The position numbers and the translations under genes were made by a program. Under the pieces are notes generated by a model that saw nothing but the letters and a program-made list of their open reading frames with translations, ran no database searches and had not been told where the DNA came from. From Cyanobacteria bacterium P01_A01_bin.123 (GTDB taxonomy: Bacteria > Cyanobacteriota > Cyanobacteriia > Phormidesmidales > Phormidesmidaceae), in contig JBCBZT010000021.1 of NCBI GenBank assembly GCA_039815185.1, forward strand, positions 1 through 64,000: a stretch of 64,000 nucleotides of DNA. Reading direction: 5' to 3'. Each line of letters opens with the position of its first letter. The stretch's first letter is position 1. Of the stretch, positions 1 to 9,297 are shown piece after piece.

Positions 1-329
1 GCGACACAATACTGGATGAGACGGGTGAAGTCGAAGCGATTTTGAAGGAATATAAGCCGGATATTGTGATTGCGCACACGGGCGGGGCGGTGATCGAAGC
101 GATCGCACCCGATCCGCTCATGATGAACGAAGCTCAAGCGCTCCAATTTTTTCAGCTAGCCAAACAGAACAACGCTAAAGCCAAGATCATATGCGTTCAT
201 ATGCAGGCGCTAGATCACTGCTTCACAACCCGAGAGAGCTTGAAAGCAGCGATGCAAGTGTTACCGGAGGCGATTCGTCAAGACATCTACATGCCAACTG
301 AGGGCGAGACAATCACCATAAGACTTTGA
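1..329 (+). CDS. MBL-fold metallo-hydrolase, C-terminal part (5' truncated by window edge)
   Basis: Frame is open from base 3 (DTILDETGEV, preceded by a G codon). C-terminal VHMQALDHC and PDIVIAHTGGA segments are typical of L-ascorbate/UlaG-like MBL proteins. Confidence 0.65.
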   Translation, partial: DTILDETGEVEAILKEYKPDIVIAHTGGAVIEAIAPDPLMMNEAQALQFFQLAKQNNAKAKIICVHMQALDHCFTTRESLKAAMQVLPEAIRQDIYMPTEGETITIRL

Positions 330-602
330 AACGCTAGAGGCTGAAACCTAAACCTTGATGCCGCTGAGTCCATCCTAGGATAGCGATAAGCGCGATCGCA
401 CTGAAATGCGATCGCCCGCTTTGTGGGATGCGTCGCGACGCATCGATCTGTCTGGGAACACTTACTTTAACGCCTCCTTTTTCAACATTAGCTACACTCA
501 AATTGTTGTCAATATGCTAGAGAGGGCACTTATGATGAAGATTGGGGTGCGGATAAACAAATGACTTTTCGCTCGATTATTGGGGGGAGTAAGTTCATTT
601 TT

Positions 603-651
603 GTGTCAGGTTTCATCCCTCAACCCGACCTACGGCGAGGGGCGATCGCAC
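603..651 (-). repeat. HIP1 plus GTAG-type REP-like hairpin (left copy)
   Basis: Minus strand reads gtGCGATCGCccctcgccGTAG-GTCGGGTT-gagggatga-AACCTGAC. Confidence 0.65.
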
Positions 652-719
652 TATAGCATTACCCAATTTTGAGCCTTGCAGGTGTAATTCTATTGATCAA
701 ATCAACAAGAAATGCGGCT

Positions 720-1286
720 TTAATTATACTCAAGTACATATTTAGTGTTACTTTTTTCCTTGAAAGCTTTGATAGCCTGATCACCCTCATAAACGATTGA
801 GCCTTGACTACCTTCTAGTCTCAAAGGTTCAATTCTAAGGCGATGTACACGACCTGATTCCATAGCTCGCTCACTTTCTTTCTCATGTCCTAAATAGTTG
901 ACTTCCCAATGTATTTCCACCGCCGTTTGAGGGGCAATTCTAAAGTTGACTACTCGCTCCTCAACATCGCAAAAGTATTCATTTGAATTTAGCTGTCTCC
1001 AGTCAGATGAAGCTGGCCTGAGCTCAGAAGCTTTCCTAACATTTTCAAGGATGTAAGATGCACTTCTAGCAGATGTTTCAAAGCAATCAGAGAAATCGAT
1101 GTTGTCTGTAGGCTTAGACGAAATATATCTCGACACACGATATGAAATCATTATGTCATCGTCAGAATTGTTAATTATATAAAAACTTGATACCCACGAA
1201 CAGCCAGAAAAAATAGATAAGGATGCAATCAGGCAGATAGTTCGAGCATAAATATACAATTTTCTGCGTAGAAAAATATTTTTCAT
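720..1286 (-). CDS. Hypothetical lipoprotein, AT-rich
   Basis: 188 aa with a basic N-terminus, hydrophobic stretch and lipobox FSG-C. Clearly lower GC than the flanks, no HIP1 inside. Confidence 0.7.
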   Translation of the reverse strand: MKNIFLRRKLYIYARTICLIASLSIFSGCSWVSSFYIINNSDDDIMISYRVSRYISSKPTDNIDFSDCFETSARSASYILENVRKASELRPASSDWRQLNSNEYFCDVEERVVNFRIAPQTAVEIHWEVNYLGHEKESERAMESGRVHRLRIEPLRLEGSQGSIVYEGDQAIKAFKEKSNTKYVLEYN

Positions 1287-1411
1287 GATTTTGATTTGTC
1301 ATTAGGTGTCTTTATTCATTTCCATTTAAGTGTTTAAAGAGCTCTGTTGATAGTGCATAAAGCATTTCTAAATCTAGCAAGTATAGATAGGTTTAAATCC
1401 TTGCTCACTCA

Positions 1412-1480
1412 GTGCGATCGCCCATCGCATAGGTTGGGTTGAAGCATGTAGGCTTTGCCTTCTCGCCGAGTAACCCAACG
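1412..1480 (+). repeat. HIP1 plus REP-like hairpin (right copy)
   Basis: gtGCGATCGCccatcgcATAG-GTTGGGTT...AACCCAAC; a homologous inverted copy of 603-651. Confidence 0.6.
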
Positions 1481-1566
1481 CACCCACTACATAAGAAGAT
1501 AGCTCTTTCTGATGAGGCTTGATGGCTGACTCCATCCTTCAATCTAGTGCCTGATATCGAAATCTG

Positions 1567-2214
1567 TCACCCTATTTTCTGCTCGCGAACCCACTGTCGA
1601 AATTCTCGAATGGCTTGTCCTTGTCCCACTTCACGAGCACGCGCTATGCACTGTGCGGCTAAATCAGCAATTGGCCAACCTCGAAACGTTGGACTTACAT
1701 CTGATTTGACATATTCACCAGCTTGTAAGACATCAATTCGTAAGTGGCCGTTGTCATAACGCCACAGCTCGGGAATGCCGAGTGCTTCGTAAACTTCAAT
1801 TTGTGTTTTAGAGCTTAGGTCAATTTCAATGGCTAAGTCAGGGGGAGGATCAACACTCAGATCGAGCCGATCTTTGTGAAGCACTTGAGGAAAATTTTGA
1901 ATATAAAACGAATCATCCGGTTCAACCCCTTTACCCAAATCTTGACGCTTTAAAGTAGTCGAACCCGATGCATCGTAATCTATGCCCAATTCATCTAGAA
2001 GAACTTTGACTAAATCTCCCAAAACAACTTTCGTCTTTTCATGCCTGAACTGTGGGGTCACGATAGATAACGTCTTGTTGTTGTAAGCAATTCGGGTATT
2101 TCGATTTTCTCCCAATTCCGCCAAAATTGACTCAAGTCCTTGCCAGTCAACGTTTTGAAGTTCGACACATTGACCGGGGGGTACTCTGATTTGTCCGAGC
2201 TGTAGGGTAACCAT
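1567..2214 (-). CDS. Uma2 family (DUF820) putative endonuclease
   Basis: GVEPDDSFY, PPDLAIEID and YEALGIPELWRYD motifs of cyanobacterial Uma2 proteins. Confidence 0.92.
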   Translation of the reverse strand: MVTLQLGQIRVPPGQCVELQNVDWQGLESILAELGENRNTRIAYNNKTLSIVTPQFRHEKTKVVLGDLVKVLLDELGIDYDASGSTTLKRQDLGKGVEPDDSFYIQNFPQVLHKDRLDLSVDPPPDLAIEIDLSSKTQIEVYEALGIPELWRYDNGHLRIDVLQAGEYVKSDVSPTFRGWPIADLAAQCIARAREVGQGQAIREFRQWVREQKIG

Positions 2215-2473
2215 CAAAGTTCGAGAAATTATTTGAGGTGATCTACCGAGTTGCCCATGGGAGAAGCCCTGCCGCCATTTCCTCGCAACGGCCCTCGTTT
2301 CTAGCTTTATTTTAGAGTGGGTTTTGGTAACCTACATCAGTTGTGTTCGATCGCGGGCTGCATCTCAGGTCTATGGACACGATGATCGCATGTGTTAAAT
2401 CTCATGTCCGAAAATGGCGAGACAACCGATCGCACTGCTTCTATCCTGAGGATATTCCACTCAGCGTAAGACT

Positions 2474-3895
2474 ATGCTGACCGACGACCAATACTATCAA
2501 GCAATCTTGAGTCGAGATCGGCGCTTCGACGGTATCTTCTTTGTCGGGGTCTCCAGTACGCACATCTACTGCCGTAATGTCTGTACCGTCAAACACCCGC
2601 GTCGTGAGAACTGCACCTTCTATCCCAGTGCCGCTGCCGCTGAACAAGCGGGATATCGTCCCTGTTTGCGCTGTCGACCTGAATTAGCCCCAGGGCAAGC
2701 CAAGATTGATGCCGTCAGTCGCTTAGCGGCAGCGGCAGTGAGTCAGATTGAAGATGGGGCCTTGACTGAACAATCGGTAAGCGAATTAGCCGATTCCCTA
2801 GGCATTAGCGATCGCCATTTGCGCCGCGTCCTCCAGCAAGAATTTGGCGTATCGCCGATTCAACTGGCCCAAACTCAGCGGTTGCTGCTAGCAAAACGAC
2901 TGCTGACCGATAGCAATTTATCCATTGCCGATGTGGCCTTCGCCAGTGGCTTTTCAAGCGTGAGGCGGTTCAATGCGTTATTTCAAAAGCGCTATCGGCT
3001 CAACCCAACGGCTCTACGCAAAGCGACCAATTTGCCCCAAGATACCCTGCGGTGTGAATTGGCCTATCGTCCGCCCTTAGATTGGCAGGCGATGCTGGGG
3101 TTTTTGCAAAGTCGGGCGATCGCAGGAGTAGAGCTAATCGCAAACAATCGCTACCAGCGCACCGTCCAGCTCGGCAAATATCAAGGCTGGATTCAGGTGT
3201 CGCCCATCCCCAAGCAAAACAAGCTGCAAGTGGAACTCTCCGCTTCATTAGTCGCAGCGATTCTGCCTGTACTCACCCGCGTCAAAGCCCTGTTTGATCT
3301 CCCGGCTGATCCGGTGCAGATTGCCGATCATTTGGGGGAAATGGCCGTCTCTTTTCCGGGGTTGAGGGTGCCCGGTGCGTTTAATGGGTTTGAAGTAGCG
3401 GTGCGGGCAATTCTGGGTCAACAGGTCAGTGTCAAAGCGGCATCAACCCTGATGACAAGGCTAGTGAAACAGTTTGGCACGCCGCTCCAAACCCCCATAG
3501 CCGGCCTCACGCACCTAACACCCACCCCGGCCCAACTTGCGCCACTCGCGCCGCAAGGCTTGGCTGAACTCGGCATTTTGCCAAAGCGGGCGGCATCAAT
3601 TCTGGCAATCGCCCAAGCCATTACCCACGGAGACTTACAGCTCAATACCTATTCAGATATTGAAACCACGATCGCCCATCTCAAGACCTTTCCTGGTATT
3701 GGCGATTGGACCGCCCAGTACATTGCCATGCGAGTGCTGGCCTATCCCGACGCGTTTCCCCACAGTGATTTGTGGCTGCGACGGGCCTTAGCGGTTGAAA
3801 AACCGACTCAAGTTTTGCGGATTGCAGAAGCATGGCGACCCTGGCGAGCCTATGCCGCCATGCACCTTTGGAAATCTTTGGAGGAAGCGGGATGA
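2474..3895 (+). CDS. alkA: Ada-AlkA fusion: Ada Zn domain + AraC HTH + DNA-3-methyladenine glycosylase II
   Basis: YCRNVC...YRPCLRC Zn site, AraC HTH ([14 protein letters not shown]), AILGQQVSV, Hh[10 protein letters not shown] and AFPHSD. Confidence 0.92.
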   Translation: MLTDDQYYQAILSRDRRFDGIFFVGVSSTHIYCRNVCTVKHPRRENCTFYPSAAAAEQAGYRPCLRCRPELAPGQAKIDAVSRLAAAAVSQIEDGALTEQSVSELADSLGISDRHLRRVLQQEFGVSPIQLAQTQRLLLAKRLLTDSNLSIADVAFASGFSSVRRFNALFQKRYRLNPTALRKATNLPQDTLRCELAYRPPLDWQAMLGFLQSRAIAGVELIANNRYQRTVQLGKYQGWIQVSPIPKQNKLQVELSASLVAAILPVLTRVKALFDLPADPVQIADHLGEMAVSFPGLRVPGAFNGFEVAVRAILGQQVSVKAASTLMTRLVKQFGTPLQTPIAGLTHLTPTPAQLAPLAPQGLAELGILPKRAASILAIAQAITHGDLQLNTYSDIETTIAHLKTFPGIGDWTAQYIAMRVLAYPDAFPHSDLWLRRALAVEKPTQVLRIAEAWRPWRAYAAMHLWKSLEEAG

Positions 3896-4422
3896 TTTAT
3901 TACAAATGGATGGATAGTCCCCTAGGTCTGTTAATGATGACGGCCAATGGTCGATCGCTAACCGGACTCTATATCCAGGGGCAAAAACACTTCCCTCAGC
4001 AGACCGAAGTCTGGTGCAAGGCGGGAGACGTTGAACCCTTTGTGCAAGTCCAGGCCCAGCTTGCCGAATACTTCGCCCATGAACGGCAAGAGTTTGATCT
4101 CTCCCTGGAGCCTGAAGGGACTGATTTTCAAAAACGGGTTTGGCAGCTTTTACATCAAATTCCCTTTGGCGAAACTATTTCCTACGGCACTCTAGCCGAG
4201 ATGACCGGGAACCCCTCTGCCTCTCGTGCCGTGGGAGCTGCGAATGGCCGGAATCCGATCTCAATCATTGTGCCTTGTCATCGGGTGATTGCCGCTAACG
4301 GTAAGTTAACGGGCTACGCAGGTGGGATCAATCGCAAGCAGTGGTTGCTTGAGCACGAGCAGGGTGGGGGCAGCTCCCAAGTTTCTCAACCCCGGCAAAC
4401 TTCGTTGGCGCTGTTTGAGTAA
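3892..4422 (+). CDS. ogt: Methylated-DNA--protein-cysteine S-methyltransferase
   Basis: [22 protein letters not shown] and the active site IVPCHRV. ATGA overlap with the alkA stop. Confidence 0.95.
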   Translation: MIYYKWMDSPLGLLMMTANGRSLTGLYIQGQKHFPQQTEVWCKAGDVEPFVQVQAQLAEYFAHERQEFDLSLEPEGTDFQKRVWQLLHQIPFGETISYGTLAEMTGNPSASRAVGAANGRNPISIIVPCHRVIAANGKLTGYAGGINRKQWLLEHEQGGGSSQVSQPRQTSLALFE

Positions 4423-4494
4423 ATCGGTTGACCTGTGCGTTTTCTTAGATCGACAGGTCTGACTTGATTCAATTGATTTTATCCAGGATGACTT

Positions 4495-5355
4495 ATGAAA
4501 CTCTCAGATGTCGCTGAGCTGTTATTGCTTGCTGCGTTGTGGGGAGGCTCGTTTTTATTTATGCGGATTGCAGCCCCCGTATTAGGGCCAGTTTGGTTAA
4601 TTGAGTTCCGGGTGTTGATAGCAGGGTTAGTATTGCTGCCGATTTTGGCGCGACTGAAGCTGTTGCAGCAGATGCGGCAATACTTAAAGCCCCTGTTGAT
4701 CGTCGGCTGCATCAATTCTGCGATTCCATTTTTGCTCTTGGCGTTTGCGTCTGTCTCACTACCCGCTGGGTTTACGTCCACTTTGAATGCTACAGCCCCC
4801 CTGTTTGGCACCATTGTCGCTGCGGTTTGGTTGAAAGAGAGACTCACCGTCACTCGCATGGTGGGCTTCATTTTGGGATTTGTGGGAGTGGCGATTTTAG
4901 TGGGATGGAAGGGTATTGCACCCGCACCAAACTTTTTTTTGGCGGTCTTAGCGGGGTTATCGGGGGCTTTTATGTATGCGATCGCGGCCCCCTATATCAA
5001 ACAAAATCTAGTGGGTGTGCCCTCCCTGGTTGTCACAACCGGCAGTCAGCTCGGGGCAGCATTGGTCATTTTGCCTGCTCTGCCGTTTACAGTGCCGCAG
5101 CAAACGCCATCGCTAACGGTTGGGCTGTCTGTGATTGCCCTGGCTGTGGTGTCAACTGCCCTGGCTTACATTCTTTTCTTCAGGCTGATTCAAAACGTCG
5201 GATCAACCAAGGCATTGACGGTTACCTATCTGATCCCCTTATTCGCCATGCTTTGGGGGGCGATCGCGATCCAAGAAGCGATCACGATATCAATGATATT
5301 GGGCTGTGGTTTGATTTTATTGGGCACCGCGATCGCGAATGATATATGGCAGTAG
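4495..5355 (+). CDS. DMT/EamA family transporter
   Basis: About 10 TM segments; LAALWGGSFLF and duplicated EamA pattern. Confidence 0.9.
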   Translation: MKLSDVAELLLLAALWGGSFLFMRIAAPVLGPVWLIEFRVLIAGLVLLPILARLKLLQQMRQYLKPLLIVGCINSAIPFLLLAFASVSLPAGFTSTLNATAPLFGTIVAAVWLKERLTVTRMVGFILGFVGVAILVGWKGIAPAPNFFLAVLAGLSGAFMYAIAAPYIKQNLVGVPSLVVTTGSQLGAALVILPALPFTVPQQTPSLTVGLSVIALAVVSTALAYILFFRLIQNVGSTKALTVTYLIPLFAMLWGAIAIQEAITISMILGCGLILLGTAIANDIWQ

Positions 5356-5449
5356 CCACAAAGCTTTGTGCGCTACTGCGAGCCAGATTGCCTGTAGACT
5401 CAGCACTTTAGCGATACCCGGTGCATTAAGCAATCTGGCCGACGCTATA
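5349..5449 (+). repeat. ~100 bp structured dispersed repeat (MITE-like), copy 1
   Basis: Homologous to the reverse complement of 46344-46444; internal inverted repeats. Confidence 0.8.
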
Positions 5450-5505
5450 TTCGCAACCATGCTAGATAAAAAGTAGATTTGAGTTGAAAAATAGGCTGGC
5501 AAGGC

Positions 5506-5546
5506 ATTCAGGCATCAGAATGATTTCATTCTGATGCCTGAATTTT
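5506..5546. terminator. Perfect 18-bp hairpin between convergent genes
   Basis: ATTCAGGCATCAGAATGA-tt-TCATTCTGATGCCTGAAT followed by TTT. Confidence 0.7.
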
Positions 5547-5592
5547 AAGTTCTATGTTGGGGATCGCTTCCCACTATGGGTTAGCTGTTAAC

Positions 5593-6540
5593 TTATGGCA
5601 CTTTATAAGTTTTAGTTCCGACATCAAATAAGAGCCCCTGCTCTGCTTTGCCACCATTAAATGCGACTTGGAAAAGTTCTCTGATTCTGGAATTTTGAAG
5701 TGCACTTTCATCCGAGAAATAGTTGTGATGTGCTCGAATAAACTGAGCATCTGTGAAATCTAAATAAGTTGCATTTTTAGCCGTTAGATTTCGGAGCCAA
5801 TGGCCTAAACGGGCTCTTTGTTGCTCTCCAGTTTTGGCTCTCGATGCAAAAAGAGCTGAATCATCTTCATTGATAGTGATAAAAAGTCGGTTGCGATATT
5901 GAATTCGATCAACCCATTGGGCATGATCATGATTGTTGACATCAGCTGCTAGCATCACAATATTATCAAAAAGCAGCGTCTCACCCTGATAAACTGATGA
6001 CTTTAGTAGATGCTTCAACAAATAGTTGCCCATACTATGGGTTGCCAAACTAAACTTTTGTGTGCACTGCTCCGCGTATTTGTCAAAATAGTGAGTCAAC
6101 TTCTCGAAACAGCGATCAAGGGCATTAACTGACAGCGCCGCGTCCCGCTTATCATCTCGATAACTGGCGACACCACTAATTCCCCCACCATTCGACGGCC
6201 AGGTGAATAAGACAACTTCAACCCGATAGATCTGCTGGATGCGGTAGGCACTTTCTAAGGCATCATCAAAGTCTGTATTAAATCCATGAACCAAGAAGAC
6301 GCAGTTGGTGTCTATTTCACGCATACGCTGCTGCGCAGTCAGAAAAGCAGCTTCACTGGCCCACATCTCTTGTCCGCCATAGGCCATTCGATCCTCTAAG
6401 ATATTGACTTGCCAATTACCATTAACCTTATTGGCCTCCGCCAGTCTCAATTCATTTGGGCCTAATTGATTGAAGGAAGGTCCGAAGCGTCTTTCCGGCC
6501 TTTCGTTGGGTTGAAGATTGCGGTTTGTAACCACATACAT
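5593..6540 (-). CDS. Alpha/beta hydrolase (DUF900 family)
   Basis: YVVTNR N-terminus, VHGFN, FTWPS, nucleophile THSMG, AADV, HNYF. Confidence 0.85.
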   Translation of the reverse strand: MYVVTNRNLQPNERPERRFGPSFNQLGPNELRLAEANKVNGNWQVNILEDRMAYGGQEMWASEAAFLTAQQRMREIDTNCVFLVHGFNTDFDDALESAYRIQQIYRVEVVLFTWPSNGGGISGVASYRDDKRDAALSVNALDRCFEKLTHYFDKYAEQCTQKFSLATHSMGNYLLKHLLKSSVYQGETLLFDNIVMLAADVNNHDHAQWVDRIQYRNRLFITINEDDSALFASRAKTGEQQRARLGHWLRNLTAKNATYLDFTDAQFIRAHHNYFSDESALQNSRIRELFQVAFNGGKAEQGLLFDVGTKTYKVP

Positions 6541-6853
6541 CAGGCAGAACCTCTACTGTAGTGTGTGTAGTCTGAGTCTACTAGAGTGACGCGTTGCCAG
6601 AGTCGGCTAGTGGACAAAAGTAAACGATCCAAAGATTGATGCACCAGAGGTGCAATCAAGTATCACTCATGATCCACAATAAGATAGGCTAGGTTTTTAT
6701 TCCATATCCCTTTTTAAGTATCCCTATTAGTTTATTAATATTGAGGAGTCGAATGCTATTCTAAGCATCAATTTTGATCTTCCATAGTGTTTTACAAGAT
6801 GGCTTAAACCGACCCGAGAATATAGTAGCCCTTTCCTTTTTCAGTCAACGGTG

Positions 6854-7276
6854 TCAGTTCTTCAAGGCTGTAGGAACATTTATTAGGTAGATGACGGCTG
6901 ATGCGTAAAAGACAGCGTCAAAACGCTCACCTTTAAAGTTGACATGCTCTGCATCTGCTGCAATAAGCTCAATATTTTGCAGTCCTAATTCTGCAATTTT
7001 TTGGGCAGCTTGTTTGATCATGCCTGGGAAGCAATCTCCGCTCACGAATTATCCATCTGGGTCAACTGGTGTAGCCGCTGGGCACTGATAAATCAGCGCT
7101 TCGCGATCGCGATCAGGCCCGTTCTCGTTGCTAGACTAGCACCTGTTGACTGGTAAGCACTGCAGGGGCACTAAGCTTAATAGAAGGGCTCGCTGAATCG
7201 TGTGTTCATTGTCGTAACGATTGCTGCTATCGAAGAAATCGATGACGGTTTGTTTGTCGCATTGCTCATCAGTCAT
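6854..7276 (-). pseudogene. Degraded class I SAM-dependent methyltransferase
   Basis: Fragments in different frames: KQTVIDFFD..YDNE, a VL-x-LATRTGLIAIA motif I remnant, and GMIKQAAQK..NIELIAADAE..FDAVF. Frameshifts, stops and 3' truncation. Confidence 0.75.
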
Positions 7277-7471
7277 ACCATTTTTTGCGGTAGATAGTTG
7301 GATTGAGCCATCGACAGGCAAAGCATTAGAATCTATCTAGTGATGGCCCAGTTTTACGATGTATTTTGAGGTCTAATCGTGTTTTAGAAGAGTCCAGTCG
7401 AATACTGCGATTTTCGGCGGCATTTGAGAGAATGCCAGAATTGATTCTCATGTTTTCTGATCAAGCCCCCT

Positions 7472-9124
7472 ATGGATAAGCCAGTCATTCTGACGATCGA
7501 TGATGACCCAGCGGTGCTCCAAGCGATCGCCCGCGATCTGCGCAAACAATATGGCGATCGCTTCCGCATTGTCCGCGCTGATTCTGGTGCAACCGCTCTG
7601 GATGCAGTACAGCAGCTCAAGTTGCGGGGTGACACCGTAGCGTTGTTTTTGGCAGACCAGCGGATGCCAGAGATGAGTGGCGTTGAGTTTTTGGAACAGG
7701 CCAGCGAGATTTTCCCTCGGGCCAAACGCGCCCTGCTGACGGCCTATGCTGACACCAATGCCGCGATCGATGCGATTAACACCGCTCAACTCGACTATTA
7801 CCTGCTCAAACCCTGGGATCCGCCCGAGGAAAAGCTTTATCCGGTACTCGATGATCTCATTCGCGATTGGCAGGCGACATTCAAGCCTGAGTTTCAAGGG
7901 GTAAAGGTAATCAGCGATCGCTGGTCTCCTGTCTCCCATGATTTACGAGATTTCCTGGCCCGCAACCAGGTTCCTTATCGTTGGCTCGATATTGAGCGGG
8001 AACCAGAAGCCCAGCAACTCGTGACCTATGCGGGTGAAAAAGATAATCCTTGCTTACCGCTTGTGCTGTTGCCTAATGGTGAGAAATTGATCAAACCCAG
8101 CACGGCTCAACTGGCCCAGCAAGTGGGGATGCAGACCGAGGCGACCAAACCGTTTTACGACTTAGTGATTGTAGGCGGTGGCCCTGCAGGGTTGGCGGCA
8201 GCTGTGTATGGTGCTTCAGAAGGCTTACGCACGGTGATGATCGAACGTGAGGCTCCCGGTGGACAGGCCGGCACCAGCTCTCGCATTGAAAATTACTTGG
8301 GCTTTCCGGTGGGGTTGAGCGGGGCCGATCTGGCTCGCCGTGCGGTCACCCAAGCCAAGCGTTTTGGCGTGGAGATTCTCACCCCTCAGGAAGTCAAGGC
8401 GATTCGTCTAGAAGATAACTACCGGATCATTACCCTTTCAGACGGCAGTGAGATCAGCTGCCATGCGCTGATCTTAGCGATGGGTGTTGCTTGGCGGAGA
8501 TTAACGGTGCCGGGTGTTGAGCAGTTCACCGGAGCAGGGGTGTATTATGGCGCAGCCCAAACCGAGGCAGCCGCTTGTCAGGATGAAGATGTGTATGTCG
8601 TGGGTGGGGCCAATTCAGCCGGCCAGGCGGCCATGTATTTTGCCAAATATGCGAGCAAAGTGCGCATCTTAGTGCGGGGCGAGTCGTTGACCAAGAGCAT
8701 GTCTCAGTACCTGATTGATCAAATTGACGGCACTGAAAATATTGAAGTTTTGCCCTTTCATAGTGTGATAGAGGCCAAAGGGGGCGATCGCCTCGAAACA
8801 ATTCTGGTCAAAGATTCTCAAAAGGACGAGGTCAAAATCTTTAAAACCAATTCCCTATTCATTTTCATTGGTGCGACCCCGAGCACAGGCTGGCTTGATG
8901 GCACCGTGCAGCGAGATGAGCGGGGGTTTATCTGCACCGGACCAGACGTGCCAGAGGAAACGTCTTGGCCTCTAGCGCGCGATCGCTTTTTGCTTGAAAC
9001 TAGCGTACCCGGCATTTTTGCAGTGGGTGATGTGCGGCACGGGTCGATTAAGCGGGTGGCCTCTGGGGTGGGTGAAGGGTCTATCTGCGTGCAGTTTGTC
9101 CATCGGCATTTGGCCCAAGTGTAG
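7472..9124 (+). CDS. Response-regulator receiver + glutaredoxin-like + thioredoxin reductase-like FAD oxidoreductase
   Basis: REC (IDDD, LADQRMP, LLKPW); GGGPAGLAAA FAD motif; GGANSAG; GIFAVGDVR. Confidence 0.9.
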   Translation: MDKPVILTIDDDPAVLQAIARDLRKQYGDRFRIVRADSGATALDAVQQLKLRGDTVALFLADQRMPEMSGVEFLEQASEIFPRAKRALLTAYADTNAAIDAINTAQLDYYLLKPWDPPEEKLYPVLDDLIRDWQATFKPEFQGVKVISDRWSPVSHDLRDFLARNQVPYRWLDIEREPEAQQLVTYAGEKDNPCLPLVLLPNGEKLIKPSTAQLAQQVGMQTEATKPFYDLVIVGGGPAGLAAAVYGASEGLRTVMIEREAPGGQAGTSSRIENYLGFPVGLSGADLARRAVTQAKRFGVEILTPQEVKAIRLEDNYRIITLSDGSEISCHALILAMGVAWRRLTVPGVEQFTGAGVYYGAAQTEAAACQDEDVYVVGGANSAGQAAMYFAKYASKVRILVRGESLTKSMSQYLIDQIDGTENIEVLPFHSVIEAKGGDRLETILVKDSQKDEVKIFKTNSLFIFIGATPSTGWLDGTVQRDERGFICTGPDVPEETSWPLARDRFLLETSVPGIFAVGDVRHGSIKRVASGVGEGSICVQFVHRHLAQV

Positions 9125-9146
9125 TTTTACTCAGCTGTCTGGCTTG

Positions 9147-9181
9147 GTTTGGCAGGGTTGACCCGTTCAACCCTGCCAAAC
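9147..9181. terminator. 15-bp hairpin downstream of the REC-TrxB gene
   Basis: GTTTGGCAGGGTTGA-cccgt-TCAACCCTGCCAAAC. Confidence 0.55.
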
Positions 9182-9297
9182 ATGACCGCCATTAGGGGCG
9201 AATAAATTGGCACACTAACGCCAATCTATAATCTGGGATCATTCAACCCGACCGTTTCAGTGCAAAAGATTTCTCGCTATTCTAAAGGTGTTGATCG

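Noticed and set aside
3832..3891. Longer N-terminus for ogt
   Set aside because: It overlaps the alkA C-terminus; the ATG at 3892 gives an ATGA coupling and a normal length.
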